From: an uncultured bacterium
Lineage (GTDB): Bacteria > Hydrogenedentota > Hydrogenedentia > Hydrogenedentales > JAEUWI01
Assembly: GCA_963977445.1 (NCBI GenBank)
Contig: CAXBPH010000009.1
Coordinates: forward strand, 1-48,884
Direction: 5' to 3'
DNA: 48,884 nt
Made by a program: the position numbers and the translations under genes
Notes under the pieces: model-generated
The model's input: the letters and a program-made list of their open reading frames with translations, nothing else
What the model was told of the DNA's origin: nothing
Database searches by the model: none
Shown here: one piece after another, positions 8,167-17,700 of the stretch
Layout of the letters: each line of letters opens with the position of its first letter
How positions within the stretch are numbered: position 1 is the stretch's first letter

Positions 8167-8976
8167 CTATGCCCGAATTCTAAACCAATTCGTGGCGAAA
8201 TCGACGAGTTCTTTCATAGGTAATAGCCTGCTTTCGGCGGAGCCCACCGACCCTTTATCGACAAAATGGGGATGGGCCTTTTCGAACTGACTTCCGATTT
8301 GGGGGAATTCGTCGGAATCGTAGTCACTATCGGAATACCAGACCCACGCGCGCTCACCATTCTGCATGATCGCAGCCCCTTTTCGCTTTCGTGGACGAAT
8401 GTCGGCAAGGCATTCTGATAGATGCAGCGATGTGTTTGCCTCGTGCCCGACTCCCAGGAGCAAGATTCGCGTATCACGTCGATACAGCGCTCCGAGCGGA
8501 GAATCCAGTCCAAAGGAATCTCCGAGTCGATGCGTCTGAAGTATATCTTCCGCATCGGGGCCTTTTGCGCAAAATGATAGTGAAGGATGGTCGCTCCGAA
8601 GGGTTCCGGGCCACGTCCGAAAACACGCTGCAATTCTCCCTAAGCGCGCGGTGGGCGTCGTGTGGGGGTCGAAGGGGGGCATGTTGTCACGAATGGTCTG
8701 GCACCAGGATGCCGGGACCGGTGGACATTCCCAACTGGCGGGGTCCGTGTAGTCCGTGGACTGGGCCGGCATAACGAGGGTGCCCGTTTCCCCCAAGGCG
8801 TTCAGCAGCGCCTGAATTACCGCGACTTCCGCCCCACATACCCATCCCATCGACGAAAGGGAGGAATGAACAAGGAGCGTCATACCTTCGTCAACACCCA
8901 ATCGCTTCAGGTCTTCGGTGAGGGAGCGTATCGTTCTGGGCTCGGGCGTCTGGTCAATCAAGGTGTCTAGCGTCAT
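8167..8976 (-). CDS. AAC(3)/YokD family N-acetyltransferase (Antibiotic_NAT)
   Basis: LVHSSLSSMGWVCG, TLVMPA, PPFDP..TPT, RSDHP..SF and ILLLGVG...NTSLHLSE motifs. Start placed at MTLDTLI. Confidence 0.88.
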   Translation of the reverse strand: MTLDTLIDQTPEPRTIRSLTEDLKRLGVDEGMTLLVHSSLSSMGWVCGAEVAVIQALLNALGETGTLVMPAQSTDYTDPASWECPPVPASWCQTIRDNMPPFDPHTTPTARLGRIAACFRTWPGTLRSDHPSLSFCAKGPDAEDILQTHRLGDSFGLDSPLGALYRRDTRILLLGVGHEANTSLHLSECLADIRPRKRKGAAIMQNGERAWVWYSDSDYDSDEFPQIGSQFEKAHPHFVDKGSVGSAESRLLPMKELVDFATNWFRIRA

Positions 8977-9058
8977 GGCGTCTTCATTCCCTGGGCCTTG
9001 GGACACTCGTTCGGCAAACCCCGGTGACGAGGCCCAGCAAGACGGCTATCCCGTTGTC

Positions 9059-10171
9059 CTATTTTCGCTTATCCAGCCCCTGGGCAATCGCCAGGAGAAA
9101 ATCCCGGTTGTCGGCCGTGACGTAACGCATCTCACCGCCCATGCGGTTGAAGCTCTTGTTGTAGCGGAGATAGTAGTCCGGATTGTCTGCGGGCGGCTCG
9201 CCCTGGGTCCAGTCCCAGTGGGACTCTTGCAGGTCGACGATGACCATGTAATGGTTGTCGATATGCTCGCCCTTTTGTATGGCGAGGTTCTGGGACATGG
9301 AAAGGGATTTTTCAAAGACCATGGGGGACATGACGGCGGAGCCGATGCTCATGTAGACGCCCCCATCGAGGTTGGCCACGTTTTGGGCGAAGGACAGAAA
9401 ATCCCGTTCCGCCGTGCGGCCAATACTGGCACCCTGGTTCATGGGGTGGACGTAAATAATGTCGTGGCCGATCATGGGGTGGCTGGTAAAGGGAACGCCC
9501 AGGCGATAGGCGGCACCCTGGAGGCCATATTGCTTGAAGGGGTGTTTTACGTCCATGAAGCCTGGCTCAAGTTTAAATCGTTTTACCACGTTCAAGAGAT
9601 CACAGGCGGCTGCGGCGGCTTCACCATAATCCTGATCCGCCGCTTTTTGGATTTTCTTGGTCAATTCATCAACAGAGGGAACGGTAAGCCCTTCGTTTTC
9701 CACCAGCGCGCCGACCGACTCGCCATAGCCAAGACCTTCGTAGGCACCGATGACGATGGCAAGGTTCAGGTAAAAGCCCGTCTCCTGCCAGGTGCCGAAT
9801 TCGCCCTGGGCCACGTTCGTGCGAACGTCCTCGCTGCTGTGTCCCTGGAAGGCGAACTCCCAGTCGTGGATGATGCCGGCACCGTTGGTGGCGAGATGGG
9901 TGACCCAGCCGTCTTCGATGAGTTTGATGAAGACGGGGGCAAGGCCATTTTTGATGGCATGGGCCCCAAAGGTGAGCATACGGGACTTACCCGCTTCCCG
10001 GGCGACGACGATACGGTCGATGGTTTCGTTGATGACGTTCTGAGACTTTTCATCAAAGGCGACCGGGGCTGTGTCGGGGGTGACGTGGTCTTTTTCGATG
10101 TAGACCTTGTCTTTCCGTTCGCTCAGCGGTTTGATATGGAGGGCATGTCGGTCGAATTGCGGATAGGGCAT
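9059..10171 (-). CDS. Conserved protein with a deoxyhypusine-synthase-like NAD-binding fold, function unknown
   Basis: LTFGAHAIKNGL...VTHLATNGAGIIHDWE and IGSAVMSP resemble DHS-like proteins. GGGA RBS upstream. Confidence 0.55.
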   Translation of the reverse strand: MPYPQFDRHALHIKPLSERKDKVYIEKDHVTPDTAPVAFDEKSQNVINETIDRIVVAREAGKSRMLTFGAHAIKNGLAPVFIKLIEDGWVTHLATNGAGIIHDWEFAFQGHSSEDVRTNVAQGEFGTWQETGFYLNLAIVIGAYEGLGYGESVGALVENEGLTVPSVDELTKKIQKAADQDYGEAAAAACDLLNVVKRFKLEPGFMDVKHPFKQYGLQGAAYRLGVPFTSHPMIGHDIIYVHPMNQGASIGRTAERDFLSFAQNVANLDGGVYMSIGSAVMSPMVFEKSLSMSQNLAIQKGEHIDNHYMVIVDLQESHWDWTQGEPPADNPDYYLRYNKSFNRMGGEMRYVTADNRDFLLAIAQGLDKRK

Positions 10172-10342
10172 GTTATGTCCCTTTCTGTTTCTTAGTGCGT
10201 GGTGTTCAAAAGGTCCAAAAATTCGCGGCGCGACGCTCTGTCGGAGTCACCGTCTGTGGGGGCGTTTTTTCCGAGAACGGGGCTGTCGAATTAGTCTAAA
10301 TGCACGATAAAGAATTGTCTGACACTGAAAACTCTGGCGGTA

Positions 10343-10556
10343 CGTCATTCCCGCGCACGCGGGATTCCAGAGGGTATCATCGGTTTTTATTTTCGCGTTA
10401 CTGGATCTCCGCCTTCGCGGAGATGACGGCAACGCACTTTCATTCTGCGCGGTAGACGACGTCGAATAAATCGACAGCCGCGCATGCGCGAATCCAGCGG
10501 GTATCATCGGTTTCTATTTTTGCGTTACTGGATCCCCGCGTTCGCGAGGATGACGG
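10343..10556. repeat. Two tandem REP-doublet elements of the GTCATTCCCGCG...CTGGATCCCCGC...GATGAC type
   Basis: Copy 1 spans 10343-10428 and a 5'-truncated copy 2 spans 10478-10556. Both share the internal spacer GGGTATCATCGGTTT.TATTTT.GCGTTA. Confidence 0.8.
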
Positions 10557-10701
10557 CCTTTGGCCTTTTTACATATTCTTGCTCCACTTGGAGTAAGTAG
10601 GCAATCCAAACACGAAGATGACGGGTGACCCGATAGGGCTATAGGCTCGCCCGTGGCCAAAATAATCTCACAGGGCAGACCGTATCAGGGCTGGTCACCG
10701 G

Positions 10702-11490
10702 CTATTTACCCGACGTGGCGATCGTTTTCAGCGCAAGGTCGAGCTTATCGGTGAGAATATAGTCTACACCCGCCTCATGGAGCAAAGAAATCAGGGGGGC
10801 GTCGTTTGCACCGAACCAATTCACCGTGACCCCATTGTCCTTGAGCTTTTTGACTTCGGCGACGATGTTTTCGTGACCGTCGCGCTGATGAAGCTGGATA
10901 AAGTCGCAGTTGTGCTTAATGGTGTCGTCAATATAAGCCGTCCGGTTTCCGGCCTGTCGGGTCATGTTGCAGACCTTTATTTCGGGGACTACGTTGCGCG
11001 CTTCGGCGATGTTTTCCAGGGTCGTTGCGAGGAAACACTGTTCGAGTCGGCCCATTTCGGCGATGAGTTGGGCGGATTTTATGGCGACGTCCGCGTCGTT
11101 CTTGAGGTGCACGTTGCAAAGCACGTTTTCCGGGATGGCTTCCAATGTTTCCCGGAGGGTGGGAATTCGGGTGTCTTTGAATTTGGGGTCGAACCAACCG
11201 CCTGCGTCGAGGGCCCGGAGTTCCGCGAAGGTGTGGCTGGATACGTTCCCGGTGCCGTTGGTTGTGCGATCGATGGTGGGGTCGTGCATGATGACCAGCT
11301 CGCCATCGCTGCTGAGGTTTACGTCGAATTCGATTTGCTGGGCACCCTTTTCCACGGCAGACGTGAATGCAGGAATGGTGTTTTCCGGCGCTACTGCCCC
11401 GTCACCCCGGTGCGCACAAATCTGGGCCGTTGCCACCAGAGGGAAAAGGAGGGTGACGGTTAAGGTGAGTATACGCGTGACTCTTTTCAT
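10702..11490 (-). CDS. Secreted glycerophosphodiester phosphodiesterase (GDPD family)
   Basis: Signal peptide, then AHRG, PENTIPAF, IEFDV, MHD.TIDRTT and ILTD motifs. Confidence 0.92.
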   Translation of the reverse strand: MKRVTRILTLTVTLLFPLVATAQICAHRGDGAVAPENTIPAFTSAVEKGAQQIEFDVNLSSDGELVIMHDPTIDRTTNGTGNVSSHTFAELRALDAGGWFDPKFKDTRIPTLRETLEAIPENVLCNVHLKNDADVAIKSAQLIAEMGRLEQCFLATTLENIAEARNVVPEIKVCNMTRQAGNRTAYIDDTIKHNCDFIQLHQRDGHENIVAEVKKLKDNGVTVNWFGANDAPLISLLHEAGVDYILTDKLDLALKTIATSGK

Positions 11491-11532
11491 TGCTTTTTGA
11501 CCTTTCAGGCACATTCAGAACGTAAACCGGCA

Positions 11533-11717
11533 AGGGTGCCACCTACACGCGCGGTCGCTTCGCGGCCAAGCTTGTGGGTGTCAAGCCCAGGTTCTGCCAC
11601 GCAAATTGATAGCTGAATAGCGAACGGTTCGGGATTCAAAACGGTCGTCATGCCGTATTCCCAGTGCCTCGCACCCACAAAGCCACTCGTACCTCGTGTC
11701 TGTGTAGGTGGCACCCT
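11533..11717. repeat. Intergenic element with perfect 16-bp terminal inverted repeats (REPIN/MITE-like)
   Basis: AGGGTGCCACCTACAC (11533-11548) pairs with GTGTAGGTGGCACCCT (11702-11717). Inner inverted repeat TTGTGGGTG/CACCCACAA (11572/11672). Confidence 0.7.
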
Positions 11718-11796
11718 CACAGTGTACTTTCTTTCGGAAACGTCGGCGGCTATGGCCTTTTTATCGTTCGACCGTCAAGCTCGCATCCGTGATGGA

Positions 11797-14436
11797 TTAA
11801 CCACCAATGGTCACGCTCAGTTTTTCGACTATCTCTGCTACCTGGGCCAGCGCTTCCGGAAGTTTTTCCGGAATCTTACCACCGGCCTGGGCCATGTCGG
11901 GCTTACCACCACCACCACCACCGACGATAGGCGCGACCTGTTTTACGATATCACCGGCCTTGATCTGCTTGATGAGATCGTTGGTAACGCAGACGTTGAG
12001 TGCAACTTTGTCGTCCGTTGCACTGCCGAGGACGATGATGCCCGAGCCCAGCTTGTCGCGCATCTTCTCGATGAGGGTCTTCAGGCCCTTACCGTCCTGG
12101 CCATCCACGTTTGCCGCGATAACCTTGATGCCGTTCACGTCCTGGGCCTGGTTCATCAAGTCATCGATGTTGCTCGCCGCTGCCGCCGCCTTCCACTTCT
12201 CCACTTCCTTGGCAAGTTTACGATTTTCTTCCAGAAGGGTCTTGACCCGGTCTTCCACCGAATCGAGGCTCGTTTTCAGTAGTTGGGCCGTATTGTTGAG
12301 CTGGCGGCCCTGCATCTGGATCGTGTCCACACTCGGCTCGCCACAAATGGCTTCAATGCGTCGAACGCCCGAAGCAATGGAGGCCTCCGTGACAATCTTG
12401 CAATAGCCGATGACGCCGGTGCGGGGCACATGGGTTCCACCACAGAGTTCCATGGAGAAATCGCCCACACTGACCACCCGGACGATATCGCCGTATTTTT
12501 CGCCGAAAAGGGCCATGGCCCCGGCGGCACGGGCTTCGTCCTGGGACTTGCTTTCAATCACCACGGGCTCGTCGCGACGGATGTAATCGTTTACCAGACG
12601 CTCAATCTTTTCCAGCGAATCCGTATCGATACCTTCGAAATGGGTAAAGTCGAAGCGCAGCCGGTCGGGGGAAACCATCGAACCGGCCTGGTGCACGTGC
12701 TCGCCGATAATATTCTGGAGGGCGGCCTGCAGGAGGTGGGTCGCCGTGTGGTGGTTCTCGGTTTGTCGGCGATTTAACGCGTTGGCCGTGGCCTCCACCT
12801 TGTCGCCCACCTTGAGCGCGCCACTCCGAACAGTGACCACGTGACAGAACAGGGTGCCGAAGACTTTCTTCACGTCCGTAACGGTGCCGTTTCCGTCGAC
12901 ACTATCGAGGACGCCCGTGTCGCCCACCTGGCCACCGGATTCGGCATAGAAGGGCGTCTGGTCCAGGATGACTTCGCCTTCCTGGCCCTCGGTCAATTCA
13001 TTGACAGAGGCACCCTCGCGAATAATGGCTTTGATGGTGGCTTTGCACTCGATGGTGTCATAGCCTTTGAAATCGGTGTCGCCGCAGGCTTCGTGGACGT
13101 TGCCGTAAACCGGTGCGATGGCCTCTTGGCCACTGCCCACAAAGCCGCCTCGTTCCTTCTGCTGCTTCATCGCATCATCGAAACCGGCCTGTTCATAGGG
13201 ATAGCCACGTTCTTCGAGGATGTCAATCGATATATCGGCAGGGAAGCCGTAGGTGTCGGAAAGGGTGAACACGTTCTTGCCGGCATCATAGCCGTTCATA
13301 GAGGTGTCGGTGGCGACGGGGAACATCTTGTCCAGCTGGAGCATGCCCCGGTTCAGGGTTTTTCCGAAGGACTCTTCTTCGGCGCGAATCGTTTTTTCGA
13401 TCTGAAGCCGTTTCTCCACGAGTTCCGGGTATTGTTTACCCATGAGCTCAATTACAGTGGGGGCAATCTTGTAGAGGAAGGGTTGGTCCAATCCCAAATC
13501 CCGCCCGAATCGCGCGGCCCGTCGAAGCAGACGGCGAAGCACGTAGCCCCGTCCTCCATTGCCCGGCAGGATGCCGTCCGCGATCATGAAACACAACGAC
13601 CGGGCGTGGTCCGCGATGACGCGATAGGGCACGGGATTGTCTTTGTAGGCCACTTCGGTCAGGGCTTCGGTGGCTTCGATGATGGGGAAGATACCATCCG
13701 TATCGAAGACCGTTTCCTTGTTTTGCAGGAGGGCGGCCAGGCGTTCGAGGCCCATGCCCGTATCGATACCCCGGTTTTTCAGGGGGAGGCGGGTGCCGTC
13801 GGGCTGCTGGTCGAACTGGGGAAAGACGAGGTTCCAGAATTCCAGGAAACGCTCTTTGGGGTCGTTTTCCGGGTCGGCGTTGGGGTCGATGTGTTCGCCC
13901 TTGTCATAGAGCAACTCGGAACAGGGACCACAGGCACCGGTATCTCCGGCCGGGCCCCAGAAATTGTCCGCGTCGCCGAGGCGATAGAGGCGCTTTTCGG
14001 GAATGCCGATTTCCTTGTGCCAGATATCATAGGCCTCATCGTCGTCTTTGTAGACCGTGGCGATGATGGCTTCGGGATCCAGTTTCAGGACTTCGGTGGA
14101 GAATTCCCAGGCCCACTGGATAGCTTCCCGCTTGAAATAGTCGCCGAAGGAGAAGTTACCAAGCATTTCGAAGAAAGTGAGGTGGCGGGACGTCTTGCCC
14201 ACTTCATCCAGGTCATTGGCCTTGCCACCGGCGCGCAGGCATTTTTGCGAGGTGGCGGCGGTGCGGTAGGGCACGGGCACTTCACCGGTGTAGTAGGGCT
14301 TGAACTGGACCATGCCCGCGCTCGTAAAGAGGAGGGTGGGGTCATTGCTGGGCACAACGGTATCGCTGCGCTCGACCACATGGCCGCGCTCTCTAAAGAA
14401 CTCGAGGTATTTAGCGCGGATTTCATCGCTTTTCAC
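11797..14436 (-). CDS. alaS: Alanine--tRNA ligase
   Basis: DPTLLFTSAGMVQFK, RHLTFFEMLGNFSFGDYFK, IDTGMGLER, HHTATHLL, ELCGGTH and GGGGGK.DMAQAGG. GTG start at 14436 with a GGAG RBS. Confidence 0.98.
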   Translation of the reverse strand: MKSDEIRAKYLEFFRERGHVVERSDTVVPSNDPTLLFTSAGMVQFKPYYTGEVPVPYRTAATSQKCLRAGGKANDLDEVGKTSRHLTFFEMLGNFSFGDYFKREAIQWAWEFSTEVLKLDPEAIIATVYKDDDEAYDIWHKEIGIPEKRLYRLGDADNFWGPAGDTGACGPCSELLYDKGEHIDPNADPENDPKERFLEFWNLVFPQFDQQPDGTRLPLKNRGIDTGMGLERLAALLQNKETVFDTDGIFPIIEATEALTEVAYKDNPVPYRVIADHARSLCFMIADGILPGNGGRGYVLRRLLRRAARFGRDLGLDQPFLYKIAPTVIELMGKQYPELVEKRLQIEKTIRAEEESFGKTLNRGMLQLDKMFPVATDTSMNGYDAGKNVFTLSDTYGFPADISIDILEERGYPYEQAGFDDAMKQQKERGGFVGSGQEAIAPVYGNVHEACGDTDFKGYDTIECKATIKAIIREGASVNELTEGQEGEVILDQTPFYAESGGQVGDTGVLDSVDGNGTVTDVKKVFGTLFCHVVTVRSGALKVGDKVEATANALNRRQTENHHTATHLLQAALQNIIGEHVHQAGSMVSPDRLRFDFTHFEGIDTDSLEKIERLVNDYIRRDEPVVIESKSQDEARAAGAMALFGEKYGDIVRVVSVGDFSMELCGGTHVPRTGVIGYCKIVTEASIASGVRRIEAICGEPSVDTIQMQGRQLNNTAQLLKTSLDSVEDRVKTLLEENRKLAKEVEKWKAAAAASNIDDLMNQAQDVNGIKVIAANVDGQDGKGLKTLIEKMRDKLGSGIIVLGSATDDKVALNVCVTNDLIKQIKAGDIVKQVAPIVGGGGGGKPDMAQAGGKIPEKLPEALAQVAEIVEKLSVTIGG

Positions 14437-14765
14437 GGTATTTCTCCATTTTTTGGCATGGGCAGGGGAAGCCTCTACTCTATCAAAGGAGGGGTTGTAT
14501 GTGCATCTTTTGGACAGGAAGGCAGGGATCGGGTGCTCCAGGCGACCCGAATTCGGGCCGGGCGAGCGGGAAGACTCCGCATAGCGTCGCAATTGACAGC
14601 CCCAGGGCATTCGCGTAGTCTGATCCTTTATATACCGTAGTGACGATGGACTGCACGAGGGGCGTCTGGCGGTCCAAGCATGGTAAACTGTTCTTAGAAT
14701 CTCCGGTAGTGTCATTCGGTGCGGCCGTTGGCGGTAGCGCTACAACAGACAAGGTTATTTATCTC

Positions 14766-17700
14766 GTGAAAAACAGGCGAATTCTGGTTCGGCCCTTCCA
14801 TGCCGTGATGTTGTTGATTGCGTTGTGCATCGAAGCGATAGTAAGCAGCCCGGCGGCGGTGGCCCAAGGCGCTCCCAAGCAGGCAAATGCCCCGGTCATA
14901 ACCGAAGGCGATGTCGTGGCCGTCAGCATGAGCGAAGACGGTGCGCCTACGGCCTTTTCGTTGACGTTGAACGCCACCGATGCCGACATGGACGCCCTTA
15001 CGTGGTCTATCGCGAGCCCGGCGTCCAACGGCACCGCTACGGCAGCGAGTGCCAACACAACGGCCACTATTGGCTATGCACCGACCAATAATTTCAATGG
15101 TTCGGACAGTTTTGGCGTGCAGGTGGATGATGGTAATGGTGGTACCGACCTTATTATCGTGAATGTGACGGTCACCCCCGAAAGTGATCCGCCGGCGATT
15201 ACACCCATTGGGGCCCAGGTCGTTGGTGAGAACGAGGTCCTCCTTTTTGTGGTAAGTGCCCCCGACCCGGATGGAGAAACGGCCGTATTGAGCGTTTCCA
15301 GCTTGCCGGATGGGGCCAGTTTCGACAGCGCTACCGGGGCTTTTTCCTGGACGCCCGATTTTGATGCTGCCGGCGTCTATGAAGGTATCGTGTTTACCGC
15401 CGTGGACGGTGGCGACGATACGGTCATGGTGACGGAGACCATAAGAATAACGGTCAACGACACCAACCGGGCCCCCCTCCTCAATGCGGTCTCTAACCGA
15501 GAGGTTCGGGAAGAGAGAACCCTCACCCTGACCTTATCCGGTTCGGATCCGGATGGCAACGCCCTGACCTTCTTTATGGAGATGTTACCGGAGAACGCGA
15601 CCTTTAATACGGCATCGGCAACCCTCAGCTTTACCCCCGCCTTGGGTGCCGCAGGAGATTACGCGGTACTGGCCGGTGTGCGTGACAACGGCGCGCCCAG
15701 CGCCAGCGCGACACAGGCCTTTGTTATCACCGTGACCGAACGGGATTTGGGTGCGGAACTCGAAGAAATCGCCGAAACCTTGCTCGACGGCATCGGAACC
15801 GGTGATACCGACGGCAACGGCTTCTTCGATTTCACCGAAGCCGAAGCCCTGGTTTCCGGATTGCTCCAGAGTCGCTTCGACGGGCTGGATACCAATAACG
15901 ACGGCTTCCTGTCCCGCAACGAGCTGCTGAATGCGGCACTGCGAAGTGATGAAGCCCTCGAAAGTGTCGCCCAGACCTTGTTGAGTGGATTCGCTGGTGG
16001 CGATGCAGACAAAGACGGAATGCTGAGTGAGACCGAGGCCATTGCGGTAACTTCGGCCCTGACGAGCCAACAATTTGCGGCCATCGACGCCGATGACGAT
16101 GGCTTCCTGACGGAAGTGGAGATTTCCACCGTGGCGACTGCCCGCGCCAGGCGTCTGGAAGAATCGGCAGAACGGCTGCTGCTGTTTTTTGGCGCTGCGG
16201 ATCTGGATGACAGCGGCACCCTCAACCGCGCGGAGATTGAGGCGGCCATTCCTGATTTGTTCCTCGGTGATTTTGAGAGCCTCGATCTAAATTTGAATGA
16301 CCAGGTTTCCGAGGCCGAACTGAATACGACGGCGTTGACGGGCGATAGTGCACTGGAATCGGCGGCAGAGCTCATTATGGAATTCTTCTACGACGCCGAC
16401 ACCAATATGGATGGTCGCGTGAGTCGTGAAGAGGCCGTGCGGGGCATTTCGACCTTGACCCTTCGCGACTTTATGGAGCTGGATCTTGATTCAGATGGAT
16501 TGCTCAGCCGGGAAGAAGTTTCCGTTGTCGCAGCTACTGGCGATAGGGATTTGGAATTGGCTGCAGAGGCGTTGCTGGCAGCATTCGCCACGGCCGACAC
16601 CAACAACAATAACGCCTTAAGCCGCGATGAAGCGTTGACCGTGGTGCCCGAATTGACCTTGGCCCAGTTTAACGAGCTGGACAGCAATGGTAACGGTTCC
16701 CTGTCAGAAGCGGAAGTCGCCACCGCTGCGGGCCTCAATGATCCGGTACCCATGACGCCTGTCATCGTTGAGGGGGTTGTCGTTGGCGGCACCACCGAGA
16801 CATCCGCGCTGGTGTATTGGAAAACCCAGGTGGACTCCGTAGCGACTGTGCGTTTTGGAACGTCTGCCGATGCCCTATCGCAGTCGGCTGCATCCAGTAC
16901 GGCGAGCGGCATCCACGAGGTTACCCTCGATGGATTGACCGCAAGCACGACCTATTTCCTCCGGGTTGACTCGGTGAACCCGGGCGACATCGCACTGGCC
17001 AGTACGAGTCGCATCTATTCCTTTACTACACGGTCTACGCCGGACACCTCGGAGCCCGTCTTCGTGGCACCACCCGTTGTGGCGGCCCTCTCCGATACGT
17101 CGGTACTCCTTTCCTGGGGTACCAACGAATTCGCCTTCGGGGAAGTCCTTTTAAGCGATGCGACGGGCAATAGGACTTACGAACCGCCCATGGCGAGTCG
17201 TGAGCAGAGCGTTGTCATCGAGAATCTGACGCCCGCGACGGACTACGCTCTGTTGTTGAGCGCCGTGGACACCTCCGGTAACCGTGCGACGGTCATGCTC
17301 GACCTGCGCACCCTGGCCACCCCCTACCTGGCTCCGGCCCGTATCGTTGATGGTGTGCTGGTGACCCATGTGTCGGATACCTCCATTTCCTTGCGCTGGG
17401 CCACCGATATTCCAGCAAGCACGGAAGTGGCCTTCAGCGAAGATGACACCCTTTCTCTGGTGCAGACCTTGCCGGGCCTGCGACGGGATCATTACATAAC
17501 GGTAGTGGGCCTCACGGCCGAGACGGCCTATAGGATCGAGGCGCGCTCGACCGATATGCTGGGTAACGGTGTGGCCCGTGGTGGTGCACAGACGGTGACG
17601 ACTTTCGCAGTGACGCCCGCCGACCCACTGTTCATCACGGCGGCACCACGCATTATCGCCACGACGGACACGTCGGCCATCGTCTACTGGAAAACGAGCA

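Noticed and set aside
8918..14640. Long antisense ORFs such as 8918-10195 and 12841-14640 (also 128-790, 3200-4159, 43976-45040)
   Set aside because: These are shadow frames of well-supported genes on the opposite strand, typical of GC-rich DNA.
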